In this document: positions 24,971 to 38,945 of the stretch, piece by piece
How positions within the stretch are numbered: position 1 is the first letter of the stretch
How the letters are laid out: the number at the start of each line of letters is the position of its first letter
DNA from: Octopus sinensis
Taxonomy: Eukaryota
Direction: 5' to 3'
Length of the DNA stretch: 64,000 nucleotides
Assembly (NCBI RefSeq): GCF_006345805.1
Contig: NC_043000.1
Coordinates: 37,758,001 to 37,822,000, forward strand
Position numbers and translations under genes: made by a program
The notes under the pieces: model-generated
The model's input: only the letters and a program-made list of their open reading frames with translations
Databases searched by the model: none
Told to the model about the DNA's origin: nothing

Positions 24971-25467
24971 TTCTAATTATGGTAGATAATGAAGGTCCAA
25001 ACAAGCGGAAAATGTGGAAAAATAAAATCAATACTGATTGTGCAAAAGTCGGAGCAAAAGTGTTAAACCCGACACTGTGTTGAAAGGACACCCACACGGA
25101 TTGGACTAAGTAAATGAAGCTGGAAAAGGCACAGAAGTAGTTTTTAGAGAATGCTTAATAAAATGCAATCGGTGAGGTAGCAAGAATGACCACCAAATTC
25201 AAAGGCGAAAAATTTGACAAGTCAGTTAGTCGCCCGCTGACACTCGTTGACGTTACATCGAAGAGGCCAGAGAACAGAAAAAAGAATACATGCACCCAAC
25301 GCCAGAGCTGAAGACACCTCCGAAAGTAGGGGCCCCGCCAAGTCAAAACGGTAGAGGAATAGGGGCCGAAACCGGACGTGGTTCCTCCTGATGATGTTTT
25401 GAGCTAACTGGATCCTATAAAGGAGCTGTTGGGGTAGCAGACCACGAAACACGGTTGTAATTCCTTC

Positions 25468-25651
25468 CTTATCAAATGTTAAACATACTAGAAAGAATTT
25501 TGGTGAGAGTCAGGGAGAAAAACTTTTTTTTGCGGGTTTAACAGACTGTACTCATCTTCAAATATAGATGCAGACTGTTAAACCCGCAATAAATGTTTTT
25601 TCTCCCTGACTCTAACCAAAATTCTTTCTAATATGTTTATCATTTGATAAG
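25468..25651. repeat. ~184-bp near-perfect palindrome (MITE-like hairpin)
   Basis: CTTATCAAATG...GCGGGTTTAACAG pairs with CTGTTAAACCCGC...CATTTGATAAG. Confidence 0.8.
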
Positions 25652-25824
25652 ATGGATACATCGAAACCTTGTTACACTCCGTGTCACGCTGAATCTCCCC
25701 GAGAACTACTTTAAGGTACACTTGTTCGTGGAGTGCTCAGCCGCTTGTATGTTAATTTCACGAGCAGACGGTTTCGTTGATCGGATCAACTGGAACCCTC
25801 GTCGTCGCAACCGACGGAGTGCCA

Positions 25825-25825
<1 letters not shown>
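25652..25825 (+). mobile_element. 3' part of SINE family D
   Basis: Reverse complement of 53484-53660 (GTTAATTTCACGAGCAG...GGAACCCTCGTCGTCG). Confidence 0.8.
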
Positions 25826-25903
<78 letters not shown>

Positions 25904-25928
25904 TCTCTCTCTCTCTGTTTGTATACAA

Positions 25929-25960
<32 letters not shown>

Positions 25961-27010
25961 GGGCGAGTGGACAAACGAAAGAAAGAGGTACTCAAATGTT
26001 TAGTAGGAGTTTCATGTATTATTTAAAACTGCTTCGGCCCCATGCAACTTAAAGTTTCGCAGGCTCGGCACAGAAAACCAGCTCGTCAGTGTCAGGCGGC
26101 CGAATGAAGAGATACAGAAAATCTAAAATGGCTACTGGAAATTGGGCTGCTATTGGTCAAAGTGGACCGTATAGTTATTGTTCGAAAGAGAATTGAAATA
26201 ACAGCGACATCAAATCTATTTGAATTTCTTGGACACGAAACTGGGGCATCTCGCTGTCTCGATAAGCGATGGCTGGCGTGTGTGTAAATATATTCTTCTT
26301 AGTAAGGTGCAACCAAATAGTGTGGTATCTCTGGATTTTCAGCGGCCAGCGGCTTAAAGGTCACCAGGTGAGCGTATCTCTTATGGCAGCAATAAGACAT
26401 TCGTATTTCCTGTTGATGTGTGTGTGTGTGTGTGTGTGTATACCTGCTGTATGAATGCATGGATGTGCATGCTTGGGGCATTTACGCATGTATCTTCTAT
26501 TTGTGTGTGCACCTTGAGCGTACGCGCGTAAGTTGGGCATGTGGCTGAGGACTGTTAGCATCAACTCACGTGTTTGCTAGGGTGTGTCTACCTCTGGATG
26601 CCGGCGCATATCAGCCATGAGTGAGTGTTTTCGTGCGCGTATAAGTGGGCGTGTGTGTGTCAGCTATGTACATCAGCTGCGAGTGTGTCAGTTGATTGTG
26701 TGCGTGTGCCTGTGTGCGTACGTGTTTGGGATATATGCATGAGTGTGCGTGCGTATGAATGTCCGGTGAACGTGAATACAATGCTGTATTTAGAAGTGCA
26801 TTTATGTGTGCGTGTCTATCTACATGAAAGTCTGTGCGTGTATATGTATGTGTTTGCGCGTCTCTGTATGTGTGTGTGTGTGCGTGTGTGTATGTGCTTC
26901 AGATATCTCACGATGAGTGCATGCTTACAATGTGGTAACAGCGTCGTGGTAGGGGCGGAACTGGCGTTGAATTGAAATTTGATAATATTACGGAGAAAAA
27001 GAGACAAGAA

Positions 27011-27167
27011 TAGCAGTGGTTGTGTGGTAAGTAGCTTGCTTACCAACCACATGGTTCAGTGTTCAGTCCCACAGCGTGGCACCTTGGGCAAGTTTCTTCT
27101 ACTATGCCTCGGGCCGACCAAAGCCTTGTGAATGGATTTGGTAGACGGAAACTGAAAGAAGCCCGTC

Positions 27168-27212
<45 letters not shown>

Positions 27213-27422
27213 CGTGTATGTTTGTGTGTCTGTGTTTGTCTCCCTAGCATTGCTTGACAACCGATACTGGTGTGTTTGTGTCCCCGTCACGTAGCGGTTC
27301 GGCAAAAGAGACCGATAGAATAAGTACTGGGCTTACAAAGAATAAGTCCCGGGGTCGAGTTGCTCGACTAAAGGCGGTGCTCCAGCATGGCCGCAGTCAA
27401 CTGACTGAAACAAGTAAAAGAG
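27011..27422 (+). mobile_element. SINE family A, full length
   Basis: tRNA-like head, GGCACCTTGGGCAAG CORE-like block, internal (TA)n, tail AAGGCGGTGCTCCAGCATGGCCGCAG. Confidence 0.9.
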
Positions 27423-27752
27423 TATATAGATAAATACATATGTGTGTGTGTGTGAGCGCATGCACACCCAGGTTTAAGAAGACGATCGTCAGACATTACA
27501 AAAAATGCATAAGGCTGGAAAGTCAGTCTGTGGTCTGCGCAAGCATCGGCGGTACCCTGCGCTTGGTTGTGAGGCAGCCCGTGTTAAGGTGGTGTGTCTA
27601 GGTTGTCGGCGGCTCGTGGTTTGAAGTTTCTGTATCTTTTTGTCTCAGAATGTAGACAGACGAATTACCGCTAAACCCGGATTGCTAACCTTTCTTAATG
27701 TTTCTTGACATTTTTAACGTTTATGACATTTTTAGATTTCAACTTTAACAAT

Positions 27753-27819
<67 letters not shown>

Positions 27820-27820
<1 letters not shown>

Positions 27821-29730
27821 GTGTACTCCTTACTAATACTTTGTTTTATCTTTTCATACTTTATTTCATGTGCCTCCAATATTCTCAAATACTTATTATA
27901 CCACTGTCCTATCTCAACCGCTCCCATCTGGCATTTCAATTCCCTGGTTTCCTTCAAATATTTCTCGTGTCATTTTCAATACAGCGCACTTTTTAATCAC
28001 GAATTTCATACCTACATCATTTGAAAATATGCGAACAGTATGTACCAGACTTTCAAGCTGCTTCACATTTATATCATCCATAAAAATATGATTTATTTGA
28101 ATAAAAATTTCTTTTCTTAAATTATAAGCTATTTAACTTTTCGTAATATCAAACTAAGCGGTATCAAGGCTCGTACAATTAGTAATGGAGATAAGCTATC
28201 ACCTTCAAATTACCATGTCTGATGTTCACCTTCCAAACTTTTGCTTTCTTCCAATCAATTCAGTATTCCAATGTTTCATGCCTTCATTAACCATTTTTCC
28301 TTTATTTATTTTCTGGAACTCCAAACATGCTCATCCTTTTTCTTATCCAACTCCGTGGTACCATGTCATATACCTTTTTGTAATCTGCCCATGTTACATT
28401 CAATCCCGTCAATCTGCATCTACAGTTTCTAATCATCATTTTATCAATTAATAAGCGGTCTTTTGTTGCCCCACTTTGTTTCTTGACTCCTTTCTGCTCT
28501 TCTCGATGTAAATTGTTACTTTCTCTATGATTATAAAGGTTTTCCGCTGAGACACCGGTCACCAGCTTCCACATAAGTGGTAAACAGGTTATAAGGTCGA
28601 AAATCTGATGCCAAGTTACCTTTCAAGTGATCCTTGAGACATTACAGAATTCGTCCCCTTGCCGTTCATGTATGGACGTGACTATGCTGCAGGCATTGAT
28701 CCAGTTGTGCAGCGATCCTTTCAAACAACTATTGTTCAGCCATTAGCCTTGCACTTCATCTGGGTTCTTTGCAATTTGCTATTTTGTCTTAGCACTGTTG
28801 CAAGTTCCATCTTTCCATCTGGGTTAGCCACTCTGCACTTTCTCAAAATATTTTACGTTCTCTCGCATCAGGAACCATTACCTGTTGTTGGTCCTCTTCT
28901 ATGTCTTCAAAAAGACTCCCATTTCATTTAAACAATCTATTCCGTTCAAAATCTTTGCATTTAGCATCATATCTTTTCAATTTGCCCTTTAACGCCGTCT
29001 CCCTTTCTGACAATTCTTCATCTACTTTTTGCTTTCCACTCTCTTCTAAGCTAAACCATCCATTCCATTTTCTAATTACTACCTCATTCTTGAGCTCTCT
29101 TTGCATTATCCTATTCAATTGCCTCAGCTCCTTCTGTGTCCAACTTCATTCATATTCTCTTCTCCTAGTCTGGTTCTTTTTTTTCATTTCTTTTCATTTC
29201 TTCAACAGTTTTCCGCGTATATCCTGTTCTATCAATTACAACATTAGCAGTGGCTATGATTACATGTTTTGTTTCACTCATGATTTCTGTTCGAATCACG
29301 CTCACAACGTCATTTACTTACTTTTTGCTCTCCTTACTTTTCCTCTGTCCATATGCCTTGTTCTTGGTGGCACTTCATTGTTCCCATCACACATTTTACT
29401 TCGCTGTATTTCTAGAATCTCTTTCTCTTCGCCATCCAAGTCTTGTGCAGTTTTTACTGTCGCTTGTCCAACTATATCATCTTCACTATTTACTCATTCA
29501 GCAAGCTCAGGCACATTTTCTTCATCTCTTTCCTATTCCTTACCAATTTCTGTTGCTGTTGTTTCACACTCTTCCTGTTATCCTTTTCTTATTCTTCTCT
29601 GAATTTCTTCAACTTCTAATCCAGCAATCCAGTCGTTTATACGAATTACTCTTGCCTGATCTATCGATCGTTGCACAGATGCTTCAAAGACTCCTTTTTT
29701 CTCTCATATTCTCGTCATTCGTTTCTGTGT
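27820..29730 (-). mobile_element. R4/Dong-like LINE, decayed 5' and RT portion
   Basis: Frames give QKGVKKQSGATKDRLLIDKM, WADYKKVYDMVPRSWI, YNKYLRILEAHEIK. Confidence 0.8.
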
Positions 29731-29789
29731 AATCGACTTACCCATTTCACTTAGAAATAATTACTAGCCACGTGCTCAAATTAGAAAGA

Positions 29790-29835
<46 letters not shown>

Positions 29836-29861
29836 TATTATTATTATTATTATTATTTCAT

Positions 29862-30078
29862 AAGGCGGCGAGCTGGGAGAATCGTTAGCACGCCGGGATA
29901 AATGCTTATCGGCATTTCATCCGTCTTTACGTTCTGAGTTCAAATTCCGTGGAGGTCGACTTTGCCTTTCATCATTTCGGCGTCGATAAATTAAGTACCA
30001 GTGAGACACTGGGGTCGATGTAATCGACTGGTCCCTTCCCTCAAAGTTCCAAGATTTATGCCTTTACTAGAAAGCATT
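29862..30078 (+). mobile_element. SINE family B
   Basis: AAGGCGGCGAGCTGG...GGTCGACTTTGCCTTTC, next to (TTA)n. Confidence 0.85.
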
Positions 30079-30079
30079 A

Positions 30080-32113
30080 TTATCATTATTTGATGAAAAT
30101 TCACAGTTTATTTTGCTGGGTATGATGGAAAGTATCAGCTGTCCACAGCCAGCAGACTAAGACGACACTTGTTTACTGCGCATGCTTCAAGAACCCTGCA
30201 AAAAATTCTTGAAGTTCCAAGCAATGCTGATTTTTGTAGGTGTTCTACATGTACACTTGCCCGAATCTCTTGTTGGTAGTTGAGTGCTGATACTTCCAAG
30301 TGCACCAATTACCATTGGTATCACGTCTACTTTCCTCATTGACCACAATCTTTGTATTTCCCACTTCAAATCGTCATCGTTGTTCAGTTTTCTTCTTCTT
30401 TCTCTTTGATCCTGTTATCACTGGGACATGCTATGACGATTACCATACATGTTCTTCCCTTTTCATTTACCGCAACAATGTCCGGTTTCCGATATCTGGT
30501 CGGGTGATCGCACCGAATCATTGCATTTCACAAGAGTTTGCAATTCTTATTCTCGGTGACTCCTTCTGGGGTGTTCTAATGCCATGCCTTTGTTCTTTGT
30601 AGGTCGTAATTTCCACAGATCTCCAAATGGATTATTCTTGCCACATTGTTATGGAATATTTTGTATTCACGTTGTGCCAATTTCGGGCATTCGCTAACGA
30701 TGAGCCAAACCATTTCTCCCCTGTCGCCACACATTCTGCTTTTGTCGCTATCGGTAGTATTGTTTATTCTGCACTTCACATAGTCCTTAACGCTTGTTCT
30801 TGTGCTGCTCATATGAGTGTTTCTGTCTCTCTCTTCAGGTCACTCCTCCTCATCCATAGCCACCGCTCCTTTGTATCTGCCTTGGCGTGCTCTTTCATTT
30901 CCTTCTCCTTTATCTTGTTGAACTCTTGTATGCCCAGGTATTTGTAGCCTCCTGTTTCTATTTGTTAAATCAGTTCTCTATTAAGTAATTCTAACCCTGC
31001 TGGCGACTGTAGCTTGCTTCTTTTAACATACATTATTCCACACCTTTTGAGTCCAAATTCTATTCTAATATCAGCACTAAAACAGTGGACTGTATTCACC
31101 AAGGACCTCCCTTGTGCTTCATCCTTGCCATACAGTTTCAAATCATCCATAAAGTGGAGGTAGTTGATTGTTTGAGATTTTCTCTTTAGCGAATATCTCA
31201 GGTTCGTATTCCTCACTACCAAGGTTAGGGGAATCATGTCGCGTACAAAAAGTAACAGAGATAAGCTATCACCCTTGAAAATCCCTCTTCTGATACCCAG
31301 GGTGCCCAAGCTTTTTCCGTAGGATATCAACTCAGTTTTCTACCGCACCATGCTTCTCTTCAGAAAACACATTAAATTAATCGCAATTCCAAACAGATCT
31401 AAGTACTCGATGATCCACAAATGTGGAATCATATAATCTTCGCGATAGTCAGTCCAGGCTATTCCCAAACTTGTTCACCCTCGTTTTAAATCTTACATTA
31501 CCATTTTGTCTAACAATATTTGGTCTTTGGTCCCCCTGTATCTCCTTCTACAACCTTTTTGTTCCGTCGGTAACATATCGTTCTCATCAAGGAATTTGTT
31601 CAGTTCTTCTGCAATTCCTTCTGACAGTAACTTCCACATTAATGGGAGGCAAGAAATTGCCCTGTAATTACCAGTAGAATTTCTTTTTGATGGATCCTTC
31701 AGACACAACACTATTCGACCTCTTTTCAAGCAGCTCGGGATTTCTTCTTCTCCATTGATCATTGCATTAAATTGCTCTACGATCAATTTATGGCATCTAC
31801 TGATCTTTTTTTTTTATCCAAAATCCCTGTACACCAATTGCTTATCTTTTTACTCATATTTCTGATACTGTCGTCTGTGAAGTGGATAGCCTCTTGCTGG
31901 GGATAAGAAGCTGTTTGCTTCAGGCTGCAGAGCCATTCAGCTGTAGTATTATGTTGTTATTGGCTACTCCATAGCTTACCCAAGAAATGTCGACTTTTAT
32001 CCCCATCAGGAACTAATCTTTTACGTTCTTGAAAAAATTTTACGTTCTTGAAAAAATCTTTTGGTGTTGGTTCTAAATATGTTGTTTTGCCGGTATTGTA
32101 CGTCAGCTACAAA
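30080..32113 (-). mobile_element. R4/Dong-like LINE, decayed (RT, CCHC, RLE and 3' end)
   Basis: YRAISCLPLMWKLL, GIFKGDSLSLLLF, HFMDDLKLY, CRMCG...IVSEC, PMVIGALG. Confidence 0.85.
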
Positions 32114-32533
32114 GGTTGGTGGCATTTCTCTTAACTCTTTACGTTCTGCGTTCAAATCTAGCCGAAGTTGACTTTGCCTTTCAGTTTTTCGAAATCGATA
32201 GAATAAAGGACCAGCTAAATACTAGAGTCTATGTAAATCAACTTACACATTTGGGTGTTGTGCTAAGTGCACCTATTAATCCAAGAATTATAGTGGCCTT
32301 GGTCTCCCACAGTCTCCTAAGCTCTCTGCCTAATTCCTGGTATTTCTCAAATTTTTTTCTTCTTTATTTTCCTATCGACTCTCCTCTGATTTTACAGTTT
32401 ATTTTGTCATCTATTATCGTATTTACTCTTCTTGCCTCAATAGAATGGCCGGTCTTTATGAGAAAATCCCACAAAATCTTGTATTTCTTATTTTCTATCT
32501 CAGTCTCTGGTTCGTATTCATACCTCTTTTCTG

Positions 32534-32535
<2 letters not shown>
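32114..32535. mobile_element. Degenerate SINE B (+) followed by an R4 RLE fragment (-)
   Basis: GTTCAAATCTAGCCGAAGTTGACTTTGCC; minus strand KILWDF...EKYQELGRELRRLW. Confidence 0.65.
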
Positions 32536-32594
<59 letters not shown>

Positions 32595-32595
<1 letters not shown>

Positions 32596-33149
32596 GAGTG
32601 AGCGAGCAGAGCATGCCATCAAAGTGACACTGGGGTAAAATATACGAAGCCCAGTATACCCATCATGACTACCCGTCTGATAAGGGTACACTAGGCACAT
32701 GCATCACAACCATATGTGCGCGACATCGTGATCTCATATCAAGATAAACAGCACATGACCTTGCAGGTGGAGCCCAGTTAGAATTTTCTTCAGATCGAGT
32801 AACCCATCCCGCTCAAAAGGTCCCTGAATAAGGGTTGTTTAAGGACGTTGAACGAAACACCCATGTTTCCAGAGGTGAATTATTCAAACCCCAAAGAATC
32901 CTTCTCAACACATGGCTATGATGCTCCCCCACTACTTCAGCTCGTGATCAGAGATGCACATATCGTCAGCCACTAAGGGACATGCTCAACTGGTTACGGT
33001 CAAACAACTGACAAGCAAATCTGTGGTATTGAGCAGAATATTTGCTGTAGCCCATCTTTTATACCAAGACAAAACAATGTACATGATAACACTTCCAATC
33101 AGTTAAGATCAGAAGCCATGAGAGCCACTGCCTGGTACTGCATCAGGGC

Positions 33150-33150
<1 letters not shown>
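32595..33150. repeat. ~555-bp TAA-embedded interspersed repeat, copy 1
   Basis: TGAGTGAG...GCATCAGGGCA flanked by (TTA)n; near-identical to 50855-51410 and 55167-55691. Confidence 0.9.
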
Positions 33151-33204
<54 letters not shown>

Positions 33205-33205
<1 letters not shown>

Positions 33206-33440
33206 GTGCCTTTGTATAGCTTCTAATGCTGGAGATGTACTACGGTGTTAGCTGTTCATTACCAGTGAACTAAGGTAACACCCCTTATTCTTCGAGCACC
33301 TTCCGGAGTATTTGACCGGTTCCAAGCAATACTGCTTTCTGCAAGTGCTCCACCCTTATTGCAGCTCCTATTTGTTCCATGTACTTCTCGAGATTTTTGC
33401 TTAATGATCCCAGGATTCCAGCAATTATTGGTACTACCGC
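33205..33440 (-). mobile_element. R4-like LINE 3' end
   Basis: Minus frame ...VVPIIAGILGSL...LQKAVLLGTGQILRKVL*, then UTR and (TAA)n. Confidence 0.75.
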
Positions 33441-33468
33441 TACCTTACTACTACTACTACTACTACTT

Positions 33469-33534
<66 letters not shown>

Positions 33535-34727
33535 TTATTATTATATTATTATTATTATTATTATTATCATCATCATCATCATACATCCGAGATTTCATCC
33601 CTGTGCAAAAAGAAACAAAGAAAAAAATCATTGTGGTATTTAGATTGTCGATTCTGTTTTCTTTCTTTTAAATATTTTTTCATTATTTGACTGTGCTTTT
33701 TGAGATGGTCTATTCTCATGATTTCATTACAAATAATAGATTAATATTCTGGCATTAATTAAATTGCCTAATTGAATCTTCAGCCTGCTGTCTAACCACA
33801 TGATCTACATTGATCCATGTTGTTTGGTGAGATGCCAGTAACATTTGAGAGAGGGGTGTAGCAACAGCGATGCAAATACCACAAACATATTATCAACAGA
33901 AAAGACAGCTCTAGTGTGAATATCTATATTAAAAACTGCAGGTGTACACAAGATGAGTCGATATATTTATAAGCTCTGAAATGCAGACTTGCCTAAAATT
34001 GATAGTGGTTTTGCGAAATTACTGAGGCATGTCTGTACGTTTCTATGCGAAAATGATTGCGTCGATAAAAGTCAATGTAAATGTGAATACAAACTGTAAA
34101 ACGGTGAATCAAACCATGGGAGTAAATAATAACTACTGACAAAATAGTAACAAAAGCTGCAGCGAAAATATGTACCGATTGCTGGCGTCTTTGTGTGAAA
34201 GGATGCTCATTTTGTCTACAGATTGCACCAAACACGCATAGAACACGATGCAAAGAAAACACAATTAATTTAGGTCAAAATCAGCTGCTTTCTACATAAC
34301 TTTCATTATGCTTTAGTCAGTTCCATTTATTGCTAGTCTTTATAATTGAACCTAGTCGAGTGGAAGCGGCTTGGCCAATTTATATGGAGGCGGAACAGTT
34401 TCATGCATCTCTGGTTTACAATTCACTGTTATTGCTGATGCAGTCTGTACAAAAGCTTTGATCAAACTGGTCATAAAGAGATTTGGACAATGGCTACGAG
34501 AATAACTGATTGAAAGCTTGTGCTTTTATTACGCCTAATCTCTTCAGATGGCCAACAATATAATCAAATAAATTTATTAATATACGCACATACATATATA
34601 CATATGTATATCTATATCCTAATATCTCTCTATATATGCGTATGTATGTATGTGTATATGTATGCATGTATACATGTATATACATACATACGTACATACA
34701 TATATATACATATATATGCGGTGTGTG

Positions 34728-34758
<31 letters not shown>

Positions 34759-35454
34759 TTACATCTGCATGAATATATGTACATAGATATTTATGTACAT
34801 ATACGCGCGCGCGTGTGTGTGTGTATATGTGTGTGTGTGTATGTGTGTGTGTATCTGTGAAATACATTCCATCCGTATCAAAATGTCTACGATTGTTTAC
34901 ATATTCTCTCTCCATTGCGGACATTATTTGAAAATATTTTTACATTAATATTCTGGTATTTAATCTTTTCAATTCACCTTGTGTTAATTTAATTTCAGTT
35001 CTATAAATCTCCCATTCTTACAATTCAAATACTTTCTTTTACTTCAATTCCCCTAATTTCACTTTATCGGTTTCCTAACTTATATTATAATAAGTAAAAT
35101 CCATTGAAACGTTTAAAAATATTTGATCGATTTCCTCAATGCAAGACTCCTAATTCGGTTCATACGTAGAGAATTTGTTTGAAATAATTGTATCCATGAT
35201 AATAATTGAATTTTACAATAACTCTGACAGCTCTCGTGATATTTCACCATTAAAATTAACCCTCTCTGGTGTCTGCTGTGCTGTGTTCTGAGGTTTGAAA
35301 AATCAACGAGCATATAGCAATGAGTAGTTAAGTGAAATAAGAAGAATACTAAATACATACACACACACACACACCACACACACACACACACACACACCAC
35401 ACACACACACACACATGTATATATATATATACGGAGGGAGAGAGAGAGAAGGAT

Positions 35455-35595
35455 AAATAAATAGTTAGATAGATAAATAGATAGATAAATAAATAGATGG
35501 GTAGATAGATGGATAATTAGATAGATAGAAAGATAGATAGATAGGCAGGTATATAGGTAGGTAAGTAGATATGTATATAGATAGATAGATAAATG

Positions 35596-35663
<68 letters not shown>
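35455..35663. repeat. (GATA)n microsatellite
   Basis: Direct reading. Confidence 0.95.
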
Positions 35664-35664
<1 letters not shown>

Positions 35665-35906
35665 CTTAAATTCAAAATTAGAATTAAGGTTTAGAAAAGA
35701 TACATTAAAATGCAGTATGCAAGCCTTGTTTCGAGTAAGTCACAGGCAGTGTGCCTTCAGAGCACGTTCACCACTGTCGGCGGCCAGGCGTCTTCTGCGG
35801 CACTACGCTTTCGTTGCTGGAGCTACTTAAGGAACACTTACGTGCACGTTAAGTATATTCTAAATGATTGATACGAAATACAGAGTGTAACTAGAAACTT
35901 TTTCTA

Positions 35907-36012
35907 GCTCAACAATCGTTTCGGCTGCCTTCTGCACTGCTCCCTAGTGAGTTGGGAACGATGTAATGACATCAGATGCATCTCACAGTGCATAGGAGCC
36001 TCCTCGGGTGAT
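35907..36012 (-). ncRNA. Degenerate long-stem-II hammerhead-like motif
   Basis: Reverse complement CCGAGGA-GGCTCCTATGCACTG...CAGTGCAGAAGGCAGCC-GAAAC-GATT-GT-T; U4 mutated, stem I poor. Confidence 0.35.
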
Positions 36013-36123
36013 GTAATAGGATTCGAAAGTTATAAGATTTACATCGCGCTAATGACTCCGCCAGTTCGCCTCCTAATTTCAACCATAATATTGGGCATAC
36101 TGTTTCCTGACAGCACTAAAGGC

Positions 36124-36625
<502 letters not shown>

Positions 36626-36636
36626 ATCTGCCTTCA

Positions 36637-37345
36637 GATTATATGTGTGTGACGGCAATCGTTGACGCGTCTGCGTTGCATGCTTCTCATTCCTTTTCGA
36701 CAACACCTGAACGATGGCGGCCATCAGTGAGGCTTTGATATTGTGAGGATAGTGATGAGTATCCCTTTCACCAAGACTCCAAACGTAATAGTCCAAAGGA
36801 TTTCAATACGGCGAATTTCGAGGCCACAAGTTTGGTGTCACATGATCATAAAAAAACATCCTTGTTTTCCGTGGCCTTTGTGAGAAAGTGCCGAGTACTA
36901 TTGAGACACGTATAGCTTTCAACTGCGTAATTCATCCATTGAGGGTTTCATAACTTTCCAACACCTCGGCCTATCTAGCAGCATTAGTCCTAAGACTATG
37001 AAAAGATGTAAGGTGGCATGACATGATCCGAAAACCAATACAGTTTCTGGAAACTCAGTGTGCATCAGTCTGGAACTATCAGAATGACCTGTAAATAACC
37101 ATCTGTTATTTCTTCTGTTAGACATTTGGTCGTAGATGAAATTTTTCTCGTCAGAGTAAGACTAAATTACGACTTGTCCATGTGGGTTTTAAATCTTGGA
37201 AAGTAATCGCTTGGTACTGATCGAACATGAATTAGCCTCTTCGCGGTATATACAACTTGTATCGAATGTCCTCGTGCATCACAGTTCTGACACTCCATTT
37301 CGATGCCTAAATGTTTATGGTGATGGCCGTCATTGATTTTTCAGG
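36637..37345 (-). mobile_element. maT/Bmmar1-like (DD37D type) transposase remnant
   Basis: YSDEKNF...NRRNNRW, HTEFPETVLVFG, LDYYVWS...HPHN-like motifs. Confidence 0.75.
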
Positions 37346-37678
37346 ACCATTGTTTGTGTTTTGAAACTTTGGATGAATTGCGCTGTCCTAAGAGTGATTT
37401 TGCTCTTTGATACACTTAAAACACACCCGCCGCTCTTTCGCCTACAAAAGATTATGCAACACTTGAAAAGTTGGCGACTTCTAAATCGCTGTCTTCTACT
37501 TTTCATTTCTTTGTTAGCATTTTGTCTACCGTAGATAATTTGAAAAAACAAATCTTTTAATTTGAATATTGTAATATACAGATGATAAAGCATCCTCAAA
37601 AAACGCTTGCACGCTGCATATATGCATGTATTTATGTATTTCTCTCTGTCTCTCTCTCTGTCTCTCTCTCTCTTTCTC

Positions 37679-37710
<32 letters not shown>

Positions 37711-37719
37711 CCTCTCTCT

Positions 37720-37756
<37 letters not shown>

Positions 37757-38119
37757 GTTGAAATGTACCTCATCATTATGAGACACCCCGTATTTATAAA
37801 CATACACACACACACACACACGCAGGCACTTCAGCATGCGATGACCGTCTAATTGCGACGTTTTTGTCCTTTTCCTTCTCTGTTTTTCTCTCTTCGTCTA
37901 TTCTTTTCGTAGAAAGGCGTATGTACTAAACGTAAAGACTTCTGAATTACCTGAGCGTAAAACCTAATAATGATGACAATAACGATTATGAAATTATTGT
38001 GTATAGTGTATACAGTACATAGGATTATGTAACAAAAGTCACGAATGTGAACAGTGTATGAGTCATGCTATACATGTGCGCATGCGTATGGAGAGAAGCG
38101 GGATATCAGGTGTAATGTT

Positions 38120-38945
38120 GAGGAATTTCAGGAAGCATGGAAGTTTTAAAAGATGCAATGTCTCGGCAACTAACAACTGATGCAGGGTTTTCGAAAGCCA
38201 TAGGAGCGGTGCTGTTTTCTGACTTTGTAGACATGGCCAGGTGTGTTAGGCACATGGAACTCTAAAAAGTGGTCAAGATGGTTGTTGGTACGATGGTTGA
38301 TAATTTTGTAGGTGTTTACCAAGTCAGCTGCCAGATGTCGGAGCTTCAATCTATTCATGGCCAGGGAAATAAGGTGTTCAGAGTATGGCAGATGTCTGAT
38401 AGAAGGGGATTCGTTTGTTGCACGTCTCTGAAGAGTTTCCAGGAGGAGCAAGATAGAGGTTCTAGACTGTTGATGCAGATTCCAAGTGTAGTCGCACCAT
38501 ATCCATATACAGCCTTAAATAGGTAGCTGAAGAGTGGCTCACAAAGGTCTTGCTGAGTAATGCCAAGACATTCTCGGTCTTCTTGATAATTTTAGAGTTG
38601 TGCTTTGTCCAGCGCAAATCGCTGCTGACAATAATGTCCAGGTCACGTTCACAAGAACAAGTCTTAATATTAGTGTAGTAGAGAAAGTATGTGGACGCTG
38701 CGTTTTCCCTTCCAAAGTGCATGGTGGTAGACTGGTCCACAGCCAGCTTGAGTTGCCATTAGTGATCCATTGTTGCATTGTATCCAGGTCCGATTGTGGG
38801 TAAGATCTATAGTGTCCAGGATTTGTCCTTTTTGTCTCAACAAACAGCTTGATGTCATATTTCAGCACTGTGGCACTCTTTAAGATGGCACTTATGTCAT
38901 TAATGTATGCAACAAACAAAAATGAAACAAGAACAGATCCCTCTT
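38120..38945 (-). mobile_element. CR1-clade LINE 3' RT fragment
   Basis: FVAYINDI...DIKLF, ERDLDIIVSSDLRW, RLHLESASTV, PYSEHL...ADLVNTYKII...GHVYK. Confidence 0.85.

Noticed and set aside
35715-35770. Minus-strand CTGAAGG...GAAAC motif
   Set aside because: A9 and U16.1 are altered and stem I does not pair
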